The translations under genes and the position numbers were made by a program. From assembly GCF_006345805.1 (NCBI RefSeq), contig NC_043014.1:14446001-14510000 (forward strand): 64,000 nucleotides of DNA, given 5' to 3'. This DNA comes from Octopus sinensis (Eukaryota). Below the pieces are notes generated by a model. The model saw only the letters and a program-made list of their open reading frames with translations, had not been told where the DNA came from and made no database searches. Position 1 is the stretch's first letter. Each line of letters opens with the position of its first letter. This document shows, piece after piece, positions 24,801-39,400 of this stretch.

Positions 24801-27439
24801 AAAAAAATCTGTTTGTTAAGGTATATGTATGAAATTAATGTTTCTTTTTATGTACAGTTATATATAAAAATGGTCTAACATCAACTGAAAAATCATGCAA
24901 TTTAAATAGAATATAACATTTAAAAATAATCTAACATTTATTTTTTATAAGTGAAAGGTTGCAACCACTAAATCCCATCCACTAGATGAACCAAAAATAT
25001 ATAAAAAAGTTTAAAAAAAACAAAACTTTGCAGTTTGATGAAGCAATGACTAGTGAAACTTTAATATTTTCCATATAAAAAGGAATACACCACATAGATA
25101 CATATGCATGTGAACACATAGATACAAAACAAGGCGGATAAAATATTACTTGAATACCAAAAGTAAAGTAAAATATTTCATTGAAGCTGAAAGACTTCAC
25201 AAACTTATTCAGAGTCTTATGTAATGCCATTCATCAAACTGTCTGACGAACAATCATGTGAAACTTAGAAAAACAGTTTGTAAAATATTCCCAATAAAAT
25301 AAAATATATGTATACATACACATACCTAATACACACACACATGTGCATACACATGCACACCTTTAATAAAGATTAAATGCCTTATGATTATACCATTGTT
25401 TCAACACATCAATATCTAGAGAGTGTTTTGGTTTCTATTTCTAGTAAACAGAGTTCCCCTCATGTGTTCATAAAAATCAGAAAGACAGAAAGAACATTGT
25501 AACATAAAATGAGATGCTTACTCGGTACTGGCAGGAATTTGGCAGTTGTAGATTTCCAATGCGTCTGTCACTCACATGTTCACCCAACACCCGGTTGTCA
25601 AAGAAGGTCTTCAGGTAAGAGACTAACACCCTTATGTCAAAGGTGTTGTCTACTCTACCTCCATATATGGCCTGTTCAAAGAGGCCATGGATCCACTGCC
25701 ATTGAATATTATGACCTATAAGGAGAAGAGATAAGAGATTTGAATTATTGGATTGGATAATGTGATTGATTGAATTACTAATTAATTGGCGTTGAAAAGG
25801 CTGTGGCAGCTCACGAAGAGAAGCATGAGAGTTTGATAGGAGAAATCAATGAATGGAGGGTGATAGCATAAAGAGAGAGGGATAGAGATAGATAGACATA
25901 AAGATAGCTAGAGAGAGAAAGAGAAGGAGAGAGAGAATATGGATGTATTTAGGGTGTTTGACTTAAATTTGATGGCATTTTCATGTCTTCTTTTTTCAAG
26001 AACAGTTTCATGTTTTGGTGAACAGTCAATGGCATTAGAGCATAATGATTAAAGCTGGAGTTGAGAAAAAGTAAGCAGATATGGAGGAGTAAGGCTTGTC
26101 TGAATATTGGAAGAGAGTTACTTGAGTCATGATGTTTCATGCCAGGTATCGAAATGCCGACATCATGACTGCTCTTCAATGCTCTGTGAATACGGTAAAG
26201 GCTGTAAGACATGACAAAGACATCATGATAACCAATATTCCCTAAGCAGTGATGATTTTTAGGTGCATCACCAGTGAGGGTGACATCACACTACCTCTCA
26301 TCTTTGAACAGGGTTTTAGGCACAATTCTGATGATTATATGAAGGGGCTGGAGGCAGTAGTTAAACTTTGGCTGGAGAGAGAGTTGTTGTTGGAAGGTCC
26401 TATATGTAGCAGCAGCATTCAGCTCTTTGGCATACTTCCGCAAAGAACCAGAAATGGTTCATGGAGAATTTCTACGACTTCACCACCCCCAATTTCTAGC
26501 TTCCTAGTTGAGAAAGACACCAACTGCTTTGTCTGCAACACCAAGGCTGAGCTGGTGGCCAAGATCAAGGAGGTGTCCAAAAATCTTCTCAGGGACACAG
26601 TGAGGAATGCATGATGGCCATGATGGAAGCTGAGAACAGCCATTTTGAGTAAACTGTTGTCTCCTAGTCATAATCTAGAATGATATATTTTGGATTTTCA
26701 AAAACAAATGTCATTTTTGGATGGGATGTAGTGTTTGCTTTTCTTTTTATGCAAACTGTTCATACTAACCCGGCTGTAGCTGGCCGAAAAATGTTTTGGT
26801 TCATAAGATCAACTCGGCCGTAGCCGGCCGAGAGTACCCATTGTTATTTAAATGTGAATTTAAGCACAAATCTCGTTAGTACATTGCTTGACGTGATATC
26901 TTAACTCAGTGAATTTTGGGAGATTTTTTTCCACTTTTTATTGGCATCAATTTTTTAACAACTTTGAAAATGGATAAGAGTTTCATGCTATCAAGCAGTG
27001 ATTCTGAATTTAAAGGTTTTTCAACAGAAAATATGGAGATATAGAGAAAAAAAAGAATGAATGTGGTACAAAAGCACGTGTACAGGAATGAATAGGATAT
27101 TTCTGTATCCAAAACTGAAAGCAGCGATTCTGAAGAAACTGAAAGCAGCGATAGCGACAGCAAACACGATTTTACATTGGAAAGAAGTAAAAACTTTAAA
27201 AATGTTTTTATTAGCAATTTTTCCAAGGAGCTGGGGGTCTATCCATAGTCTTTCTTAGGAAGCAAAACCACAAAAGACTTCACTGCGGAAACAAACTGTT
27301 ACACAGAATGTAAACAAACAGTATATGCCAGGAAAGCCCACGAAATGGGGGAATCAAGGTTTGGAAAATTTGTGAAGCAAATACTGGGTACTGGGTACTG
27401 CTGTGGATTTGATAGATCGAAACTGGAAGAAACCTGTTG

Positions 27440-27477
<38 letters not shown>

Positions 27478-30400
27478 CATGTATGTTTTTTTTTATTGTC
27501 CACGGGGCTAAACATAGGGAGGACAAACAAGGACAGACAAACGGATTAAGTCGATGACATTGACCCCAGTGCGTAACTGGTATTTATTTAATCGACCCCA
27601 AAAGGATGAAAAGCAAAGTCAACTTTGCGGAATTTGAACTCAGAACGTAACATCAGATGAAATACCGCTAAGCATTTTGCCTGGCGTGCTAACATTTCTG
27701 CCAGCTCACCGTGTGTGTATGTGTTTGAGTGTCTGTTGTGTCACCCCAACATCACATGGCAACCGATGCTGGTATGTTTACATTCCCATAACTTAGCAGT
27801 TCAGCAAAAATGACCGATAGAATAAGTACTAGGCTTATAAAGAATGAATCCTAGGTTGATTTGCTTGACTAAAGGTGGTGCTCCAGTATGCCCACAGTCA
27901 AATGACTGAAACAAGTAAAAGAATATATATACATATATATATGTATATATATATATAGGGACACAAACACACACCTGGCTTCTTTCAGTTTCTCTCTACT
28001 AAATCTACTCACAAGGCTTTGGTCATAGTAGAAGACACTTGTGCAAAGTGCCATGCAGTAGAACTGAACCTGGAACCATATGGTTGGGAAGCAAACTTCT
28101 TACAGCACATGGTGAGGAACTTAACAATGTGTAAAACACCAAGAATGTGTGCTGCAATACATCTTTATCACAGAACAAGTCAACTAGGATCTCTCTCTGC
28201 CAGCATGGAAAAAAAGAAAGAAAGAAAGAAAAGAAAAGAAAAAAAGAAGAAAATAGGAGTAAAAGCATCATTGACTTACCTGATTGTCGGAAGAGTCTGT
28301 CAATAATGTCAGCCCCAGCTCTCAGGTCAGAACTATTGAATTCATAGAATTTGGTCCAACCCTGGCATAGAAGAAAATATGGACAATGTTCAGTATTAGT
28401 CATTTCTTATGGCACAAACAGACACCCACCTATTTGCCTATGTACCAATGCACATACATCTATCTCCAACTAGCAGCATGGCCCGGCGTTGCCCGGGTAT
28501 GTAAGAGCCCCTAGTAGGCAATGACTAATCCCAATCTAGTCCTTTCCCTCTAGGGAACGAAGGCGCATGTGTAGGTTGCAATGTCTTCTCTTCACTCGAA
28601 TACTTCTGTGTATACGATGTTCCTAACTGTCCCTTTCGGCGATAAAAAAGTCGAGTTGTGTCCCCTAGACAGAAAATGTGTTGCATATGAAAAGCTTAGA
28701 TTCTCGACCCCATGTCGAATTTATCGATTTTTTTCAGAACTGGGGGAACTTTTCGAAATTTTCACTGCGTTAGTTTTGAATTATGACATTGGGCTATGTG
28801 TGTGTCAAGTTTCATCAGAATCGGTTGAAAGCCGTGGTCAGGGTGAGGGTACAACCTGACAGACACACAGACAGACAAACTGTCGTTTATATATAGAGAG
28901 ATGTAAAAACGGATGAAATGCTGCTAAGCATTTTTCCCAGAGTGCAAACAATCATCCAAGCCTACCACCTTAATGATAATAATAATGATGGACTGATGCA
29001 AACGGAAACACAAACTCACCTGTGGAATGTAAGTCCTCCTTTCTTGTACGACGGCGTGGAACCAAGCGAGAGCAAACAAAGCATTGGCTCGATTTTCACT
29101 GCCCTGCCGCAGGTACTCACTTGACCAGGCCTCGTATGTTCGTTGGAGAGATTTCTTTAGCCCAGGAGGTGACTGAAATAAATAACCCAAAGGTCAAAGG
29201 TCAATGGAAATTCTTGTAACTGTTTATTAAATAGACACAAGAGAGAAATCTGATAAAGCTTGACGGAGGAGAGAGAGAGTAGTTACTGACCTCGTAGGTG
29301 ATTTTAAGACTAGACTGGAGCAAGACGCTGGGGAAATGTGGATGTACTTCGGTGGTAAGCCAGAGACGGAAGCCATTGTTTGGTTTCAGGCTGTTAATTT
29401 CCTAAAACGACATTAACAGTTATCGATGAGATATTCATTATAACTGTGATTGTTTAAACAAAAAAAAAAACAAAAAAAAACAAATCAATTTTCTACATTG
29501 AATGGATAGGTTCTTTATTTATGATGATGATGATGATGATAAAGATGATGATAATGATGGTGAAGATGATGATAACGATGATATTGATGACGATGACAAG
29601 GATAATGATAATGATGGTGATGATGACGACGACGATGATGATATTGATGACAATGATGATGATGGTAATGAGGATGATGATAATGATAGCAATGACACTG
29701 ATGGCAATAATGATAATGATGATAAAGATGATGATGATGGCATTGATGACAATGATGATGATAATGATGATGACAACAAGGATAATGATGATGGTAATGA
29801 TGACGATGATAATGATGATGATGACAATGATGATGGTGGTGGTGGTGGTAACGATGATGCTTTTCTTATATTTAGCTGCAGGTCAACTCCAACTGAACAG
29901 ACCTATGACCAACTGAGTTCCAGCTGTGACCTTCGTCTCTTCTTTTCAGGACTATATCATCCAAACCAGTGGTTCTCATCCGGGGTCCATATCACCCTTA
30001 TTGGAGTCCACATAAGATTTTGTAGCTAAAATTTGGCTGTGTGGTAAGAAGTTTGCTTCTCAACCACATGGTTCTGGGTTCAGTCCCACTGTGTGACACC
30101 TTGGGTAAGTGCCTTCTGCTCTAGCCTCGGGTCAACCAAAGCCTTGTGAGTGGATTTGGTAGACAGAAACTATGTGGTGAGCTGGCAGAAACATTAGCAC
30201 GCTAAGCAAAATGCTTAGCGGTATTCCGTATGCTGCTACGTTCTGAGTTCAAATTCCGCCGAGGTCAACTTTGCCCTTCATCCTTTCGGGGTCAATAAAT
30301 TAAGTACCAGTTACGCACTGGGATTGATCTAATTGGCTTAATCCCTTTGTCTGTCCTTGTTTGCCCCTCTATATTTAGCCCCTTGTGGGCAATAAAGAAA

Positions 30401-33400
30401 TAAGAATCTGAAGAAGAGTTCCAGTTGATCCGATCAATGGAACAGCCTGCTTGGGAAATTAATGTGCAAGTGGCTGAACGCTCCATAGACATATTTATCC
30501 TTAACTTAGTTCTTAGGAAGATACAGTGTGACACAGAATGTAACAAGGCTTCCCGTTTGAATTACAGGTACTACTAATTTTTTCCAGCTGAGTGGACCTG
30601 GAGCAATCTTTTATCTTTTACTCATTTCACTCTTTGACTGCAGCCATCCTGGGACACCATCTTGAAAGGTTTTATATTTCTTTATTGCCCACAAGAGGCT
30701 AAACATAGAGGGGACAAACAAAGGGATTAAGTCGATTACATAGACCCCCATGTGTAACTGGTATGTAATTTATTGACCCCGAAAGGATGAAAGGTAAAAT
30801 CGACCTCGGCGGAATTTGAACTCAGAATGTAACAGCAGACGAAAGACGAAATACCGCTAAGCAATTCGCCCACTGTGCTAACGTTTCTGCTAGCTCGCCG
30901 CCATTTTGAAAGGTTTTAGTTGAACAAATTGACCCCAGGACTTATTGTTTTAAGCCCAGTACTTACTCAATTGGTCTCTTTTACCAAACAGCTATGGGAA
31001 TGTAAACACACCAACACTGGTTGTCAAGTGGTGGTAGTGGACAAACAAAGACACACACACACACACACATACATATAACACTCACGAGTCCACAGAACAA
31101 ATCTGGAAGACTAATGTTCACCAAATTCCATTGAGTGAACATATAGAGACATGTGGTTAGAAAATGTTTCTAATCTTTACTTGCCACAAACCACAAGACA
31201 CAAGTGAGGTTGGAAGAAAGATAAAAGAAAATCGGTTTATTAAAATGTTCAAACTTGTTCTGAATGGAAATAACAGCAATAATATAACAACCAGGATTTA
31301 AAAATATCTCTAGCACATAAATATAAAAAAGTTACAGAATATCAGTACACCTGGCAAACCCTGATGTTTAAGATGCATATAGAATGGTCAAAAAGGTATT
31401 CTAAAAATTCAGTTTGCTGGAGGGTTCTAAGAGATACTAAAGTTGTCAAGAACTCCAGTTAAACACATTTGAAATCTGATGATTACACTATGTATGACAG
31501 CGCTAATTTAACTTTATGAGCGTTACAAAATATGTGTTTTTCTATGTTAAAATACCATAATAAAAAACGTGAAAACCAGGCTATGTTTCAACTATTCAAC
31601 TGATATATATTATATACGATGGGCTTCTTTCAATTTCCTTCTACCAAATTCACTGACAAGGCTTTGGTCGGCCTGAGGCTATAGTAGAAGACACTTGCCC
31701 AAGGTGTCATGCAGTAGGACTAAACCTGGAACCATGTGGTTGGCAAGTAAGCTTTTTACCACACAGCCATGCTATTGTTCAGAAATTTCAAAACCTGTAT
31801 ATTCCATTACTGGTCATCAATTGAAAAGAAGAAGAAAAGGTGGAAAAACAAACTAAAACAAAGTAAAAAAAAAAAGACCCATAAAAAAAAGAGGCACTTA
31901 CCTTTTCTAGGACTGGGAGCCAAGATGTGACAAGATGAAGGTTCTTCAAACATAACCAGTCTCCATCATGGGCTGCTTGCCTAAGTAATTCTAGTGCCAC
32001 ATTAGCTTGTCCCTGCCCCATGGCAACCTACAAGGAAAATAATTTAAAGTATAGCAGGGTAAGCCATCAAAGTGACACTGGGGTACAAATATACAAAGCC
32101 CAGTGTACCCATCATGACTACCCACCTGATAAGGGTACACCAGGCACATGCATCACAACCATATGTGCATAACATGGTGATCTCATATCAAAATAAACAG
32201 GTCAATTAGCTCATCCTGCTCAAAAGGTTCCTGACTGAATAAGGGTTGCTTAAGGATGTTGAATGAAGCACCCATGTTTCCAGAGGTGAATTTTTCAAAC
32301 CCCAAAGATATCCTCTCAACACATGGCTATGATGCTCATGATCAGAGATGCACATATTGTCAGCCACTAAGGGACGTGCTCAACTGGTTAAGGTCAAACA
32401 ACTGACATGCAAATCTATGGTATTGAGCAGAATATTTGCTGTAGTCAGTCTTTCACACCAAGACAAAACATATACATGATAACACTTCCAGTCAGAAGCC
32501 ATCAGAGCTTAGTGCCTGGTATTGCATAAGTAGCAGAAACGTTAGCATGCCAGGCGAAATGCTTGGCAGTATTTCGTCTGAGTTCAAATTCTGCTGAGGT
32601 CAACTTTGCCTTTCATCCTTTTGGGGGTCGATAAATTAAGTACCAGTTATGCACTGGGGTCGATGTAATCGACTTAATCCTTTTGTCTGTCCTTGTTTGT
32701 CTCCTCTATGTTTAGTCCCTTGTGGGCAGTAAAGAAATAAATTACTCTTATTATTGTTGTTGTTGTTATTAAGATGGGGAGCTGGCAGAATTGTTAACAC
32801 GTTGGACAAAATGCTTAGCGGCATTTCATGTCTTTGCATTCTGAGTTCAAATACTGGTAGAACTGACTTTGCTTTTCATCCTTTCGGGGTTGAGAAAATA
32901 AGTACCAGTTGAGCACTGAGGCTGAATGGTCAAAAAGGTATTCCACTCTTCAAAATTGCTGGCCTTGTGCCAAAATTTGAAACCCATTATTATTATTATT
33001 ATTTTATGTTTGACTTTTGCTTTACATTTGTACAAGATGGCTCAAAGTCTCACCCAGAGACCTCAAGAGACAAGTTGGAAGTTCATGTTGGTGTTATAAC
33101 TAAGGTGCCATATATTTGGTTTTGTACATAGTGTTGTTCTAGAGAATGCTTAAGAAACCATAAGAAAATTATGTATTTGGTTTAAAACTTGAGATTACAT
33201 ACAAAGTATTTTGCGTAGGATATGGGCAGTTCCCATGAGTACTATGTACTTATTGCTTTTGTTGCTCAACGATTTACCTGATAGTATCGGTCAGAACCAA
33301 TTGTCTGTGCAGCAAGTTCTTGTAGATCATGAGAAGGATCAGCACCAGGAGATATGATAATCAAGATCGGTTCTGTAGCAACGGTCTCATCAGCAAACAA

Positions 33401-36400
33401 CTTCTTCAGATTGAAGGTTGGTGGGGCCAAATCCGTCAGTCCTGTTTCAAAAATAAAAATTTAGAAGAATTAAGACGAGGAAAATTTTTGAAGAAAATCA
33501 TTTTCACTTTGGACACAGATTCATGAAATGGTAACCCATATCTTTTTTCTCTTATGTTTTTATGACGTGGTGCCACGTAAAAACATCCAGTTTACTCTGT
33601 AAAGTGGTTGGCACAAGGAAGGGCATGCGACCCTGAAAACCATGCCAAAACAGACCTAACCAGTGCTAGTCGTCATTGTCATCGTTTAACGTCCATTTTT
33701 CATGTTGGCATGGGTTGGATGGTTCGATTGGGGTCTGGGAAGCCAGGAGGCTGCACCACTCAGTCCACTCTGTTGAGTGGTTGCCATTAAGAAGGCCATT
33801 CGGCTGTAGAAACTAAGCCAAACCAGACATTAGAGCTCAGTGCACCTCTCCAGCTTGTTGGTTCCCAGCTAACTGCTGTAATGATGCCATTTTGAGTTGG
33901 ATTCTTCCGGGAGGCCCGCCAGAAGTTCCCTCATGTGCATGCACAGAAAATTAGCAGCAGCAAAATTTCCTGCGTATCGCACTCTCTCGAATGCTCACAG
34001 CCAAACAGAACAGACGTGTTTTACCAGCTCTCTCAAGCCGCACCTTGTGGCATTGCTACACTATGCTTGAACAAGACAGGAGTTGGCTCACTCCACTTGA
34101 CTACTGCGACTAACTCTTAGGCTACCGATTCAACCTGAGAGAAATAAATATATATATATTGCGAATCCAGAAATAAAAAAATATTTATGCTGTTGAAGAT
34201 ATTTGGAAGTCTTGGCTTTTCCTTTGATAAATAATTCAATGTAAGGGATGAGACCTGCACCCCGCCAGTGATACAGACCTTTCATCATGTTACACTGCCT
34301 AACCCATGTTAGCATGGAAAAAAGGGTGTTAAATTATACCATTCCTTCCCCTACACTTCATATAGTAACCCTGCTTATTGTTGTCATGAATGGTACACTT
34401 TTGCAGTGCATTCATGAAACTACAACAAAAGTCTTCTTAATTAACTGTGAATCCACCCATCGGACAAAGCCACAACATTGCATCGTTCTACGTTTTTCAT
34501 ACTGTTTCCTTGGCAGAGGCATTGGGGTGGTTTGTCATTGCCTTCCCCAGCTAGATCGCCAGGTCATGTTTTTAGTTTTGCTGGGTGTCCAGACACCCTT
34601 TTCCCAAGAGTAGCATGCTACTTAAGTTGGGTGGGGTGCAGTGATGAAAATGTGAAAACATGTACACGCACACACATATGCACACACACACACACATAGA
34701 CACATGCATACACACAAGCACACACCAGCAAAAACACGTACACACACACCAGATAAAAGCACAAACACAGATACACCTACAAGCACATGTACAAGCAAGC
34801 ACACACATACATACACAATTAATTTTGAAAATAATTAAGAATTTGGAGGCATTTACTAAAATAACTTCTCAATTATCATAACACTTATTAAAAAAATATA
34901 GACAGGCGCAGGAGTGGCTGTGTGCTAAGTAGCTTGCTTACAAACCACATGGTTCCGGGTTCAGTCCCACTGCGTGGCACCCTGGGCAAGTGTCTTCTAT
35001 AGCCTTGGGCCAACCAAAGCTTTATGAGTGGATGTCCCCCCAACATCGCTTGACAACCGATGCTGGTGTGTTTACGTCCCCGTAACTTAGCAGTTCGGCA
35101 AAAGAGACCGATAGAATAATTACTACGCTTACAAAGAATAAGTCCTGGGGTCGATTTGCTCGACTAAAGGTGGTGCTCTAGCATGGCCACAGTCAAATGA
35201 CTGAAACAAGTAACAGAGTAAAGAGTAAAAGAGAGGTTTTCTGTAGGAACTATCTTTGTAGTAGATATTTGAACTATTTGGATCTCCTCAATAAATCCAA
35301 ACCTTTAGCTAAATCATGGTTTACTGACATGGACACTCTGCCACAGATGGATGCAGTGGGATGCCTAAGATGTGACAGGAAATGGATTCAGAACATAAAA
35401 TACCAGGACACATACGTGTGTGTGTGTATGGTAAAGAAGATGAAGCTAAGAACGAAGGTGGAAACATATCCCCCACCTCTCTTCTCTCTCTCTCTCACAC
35501 ACAAATACGCAAATTCATACATTTCATATATAAAGACAGAGACAAAGAAGATAAGATCACTTTTACAGAAACAAGATATTTCAGCAATGATTGAATAAAG
35601 TAACTGACACACACACACACACACAAATACATGCACAAATATGTTCTCTCATACATATACACACATGCATTCACATAACTACATACACACACATGCATAC
35701 CACATACACATTCACACACATGCATATCCACATACACATACATGCATATCCACATACACACACACTCAGATATGAACACATACACATTCACACACACAAT
35801 TACATTCACATACATACACAAACATGTTCTCTCATACACATACACACATGCATTCACATAACTACATACACACACATACATACCACATACACATTCACAC
35901 ACACTCAGATATGAACAAACACATACAAAATACACATTCACACACACATGTTCTCATACATATACACACACATGCATATCCACATACACATTCACACACA
36001 CAGATATGAACAAACACACACACATACACACACACAATTACATTCACATACATACACAAACATGTTCTCATACATACACATTCACACACACTCAGATATA
36101 CACATACACACACACACACATACATTCACAAACATGTTCTCATACATATACACACATGCATTCACATAACTACATACACACACATACGCATTCACACACA
36201 CTCAGATATGAACAAACACATTCACACACACACACACACACATGCATATCCACACACACATGGTGATTACTGATACAATCAATCATTTTTCTCTATTCAC
36301 TTTCACACAATCATTCTCACACAATTATTCGCATTTATCTCACTTAGCACCAATTGAAAGTCAGCTGAGCTTACAGTTGGAGAACAAATGTTCTTTGCAA

Positions 36401-39400
36401 TCCACTGCCTTCTAATTCTTGCTTCCCAAGTTATTGCAATAATCTTCAGTTCTGTTTGTTACTCTTTTACTTGTTTCAGTCATTTGACTGCGGCCATGCA
36501 GGAGCACCACCTTTAGTCGAGCAAATCGACCCCAGGACTTATTCTTTTGTAAGCCTAGTACTTATTCTATTGGTCTCTTTTGCCGAACCGCTTAGTTACG
36601 GGGGACGTAAACACACCAGCATCCACACACATATATGTGTGAGTATGTATGTGTGTATATATGCTGTGCTTGAGGAGACCTATTGAGTCAAGTACATCAA
36701 CATCAAAATAAATGTCAAATGGAAATTGTAGTTGTGATACCTGTGCCGGTGGCATGTAAAAAGCACCATCTGCACGTGGCTGATGCCAGTGCCACCTTGA
36801 CTGGTTTCCGTGCCGGTGGCACGAAAAATGCACCAACCGATCATGGCTGTTGCCAGTCTCCCCTGGCACCTGTGCCAGTGGCACGTAAAAAGCACTCACT
36901 ACACTCATAGAGTGGTTGGCGTTAGGAAGGGCATCCAGCTGTAGAAACACTGCCAGGTCAGACTGGAGCCTGGTGCAGCCTCCTGGCTTCCCAGATCCCG
37001 GTTGAACCATCCAACCCATGCTAGCATGGAAAATGGACGTTAAACGATGATGATGATATATATATATATATCATCATCATCATCATCATCATTTAGCGTC
37101 CGCTTTCCATGCTAGCATGGGTTGGACGGTTTAACTGGGGTCTGTGAAGCCGGAAGGCTTCATCAGGCCCAGTCAGATTTGGCAGTGTTTCTACGGCTGG
37201 ATGCCCTTCCTAATGCCAACCACTCCGCGAGTGTAGTGGGTGTTTTTTACGTGCCACCTGCACAGGTGCCAGACAGAGCTGGCGAACGGCCACGAACGGA
37301 TGGTGTTTTTACGTGTCACCGGCACGGGGCCAGGCAATGCTGGCAACGGACACGAACGGATGGTGCTTTTACGTGCCACTGACACGGGGCCAGACAGAGC
37401 TGGCAAATGGCCACGAACGGACGGTGCTTTTACGTGTCACCTGCACGGGGGCCAGCCGAGGCTGGCTACGAACACGACCGTATGGTGCTTTTATGTGCCA
37501 CCGACACGGGGCCAGACAGAGCTGGCAAACGGCCACGAACGGACGGTGCTTTTACGTGTCACCTGCACAGGGGCCAGCCGAGGCTGGCAACGAACACGAA
37601 CGGATGGTGCTTTTACGTGCCACTGACACGGGGCCAGACAGAGCTGGCAAACGGCCACGAACGGACGGTGCTTTTACGTGTCACCGGCACGGGGACCAGC
37701 CGAGGCTGGCAACGGACACGAACGGACGGTGCTTTTATGTGCCACCGACACGGGGCCAGACGGAGCTGGCAAACGGCCACGAACGGACGGTGCTTTTACG
37801 TGTCACCGGCACGGGGCCAGGCGAGGCTGGCAACAAACACGAACGGATGGTGCTTTTACGTGCCACCGGCACGGGGGCCAGACAGAGCTGGCAAACAGCC
37901 ACGAGCGAATGGTGCTTTTACGTATCACCGACACGGGTGCCAGACGAGGCTGACAGTGGACACGAACAGATGGGTCACTTAACCCCTGCTTTCTGATATA
38001 TGATTTGATTTTGATTGTTCTCACTGGTCTTGCCGGGTCTTCTGACGCACAGCATACTTCCATAGGTCTCGGTCTCTGGTCATTTCCTTGGTGAGACCTA
38101 GAGTTCGAAGGTCGTGCTTCACCACCTCGACCCAGGTTTTCCTGGGTCTACCTCTTCCATGGGTCCCCTCAACTGCCAGGGTGTGGAACTTTTTCACACA
38201 CCTATTTTCATCCATTCTCGCCACATGACCATACCAGCGCAATCGTCTCTCTTGCACACAACATCTGATGCCTCTTAGGTCCAACTTTTCTCTCAAGGTA
38301 CTTACACTCTGTCGACTATGAACACTGACATTACACATCCAACGGAGCATACTAGCTTCATTTCTCGCGAGCTTACGCATGTCCTCAGCAGTCATGGCCC
38401 ATGTTTCACTGCCATGTAGCATGGCTGTTCGTACACATGCATCATACAGTCTGCCTTTTACTCTGAGCGAGAGGCCTTTAGTCACCAGCAGAGGTAAGAG
38501 CTCCCTAAACTTTGCCCAGGCTATTCTTACTCTAGCCGTTACACTTTCAGCACACCCACCCCCACTACTGACTTGGTCACCAAGATAACGGAAGCTACCA
38601 ACTACTTCTAGTTTTTCCCCCTGGAAAGTGACGGAAGTTGTTTTCTGCAGATTTCAGAGGTTAATGCTCCGAGCATCTGCCACATACAAAAACCATCTTC
38701 CTAGTTAGCCTTCCTATGACATTGCTGCACCTCTTATGTGTCCATAGCTTACACTTGGTGCATCTTATAGAGTTTCTACCTACACCTTTTCTACAGATCG
38801 AGCAGGGCCATCTACCTGAAGGCGTTTGTGATTTGTCTACCTTCCTACTTATTACGACTTTGGTTTTAGCTAGGTTGACTCTAAGGCCCTTCGATTCTAA
38901 ACCATGCTTCCACACCTGAAACTTCTTCTCCAGTTCTGATAATGACTCAGCAATTAGAGCAAAGTCATCAGCATAGAGGAGCTCCCAGGGGCATCCTGTC
39001 TTGAATTCCTCCGTTATTGCCTGGAGGACTATGATAAATAGGAGGGGGCTGAGGACTGAACCTTGGTGGACCCCTACCTCTACCCGGAATTCTTCACTGT
39101 ACTCATTGCCAACCCTCACCTTACTAGCAGCATCCCTGTACATGGCTTGCACAGCTCTCACTAACCATTCATCTATTCCTAGTTTCCTCATTGACCACCA
39201 GATGAGGGATTGGGGGAACCCTGTCGAAGGCTTTCTCCATGTCAACAAAAGCCAGGTACAGGGGCTTATCTTTGGCTAGGTATTTCTCCTGCAGCTGCCT
39301 TACCAGGAATATAGCATCAGTGGTACTTTTCCCTGGCACGAACCCAAACTGCATCTCATCTAAACTAACTCTCTCTCTAATTAGTTGGCTTATGACCCTC

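Noticed and set aside
33860-34130. Possible 5' part of a mariner-like element
   Set aside because: Recollection of a similar repeat only; no TIR pair, TSD or coding motif was visible.
37240-37996. 128-227 aa repetitive plus-strand ORFs
   Set aside because: They are read-through of the 61-bp tandem array on the antisense strand of a LINE 3'UTR; open frames arise from GC-rich units.
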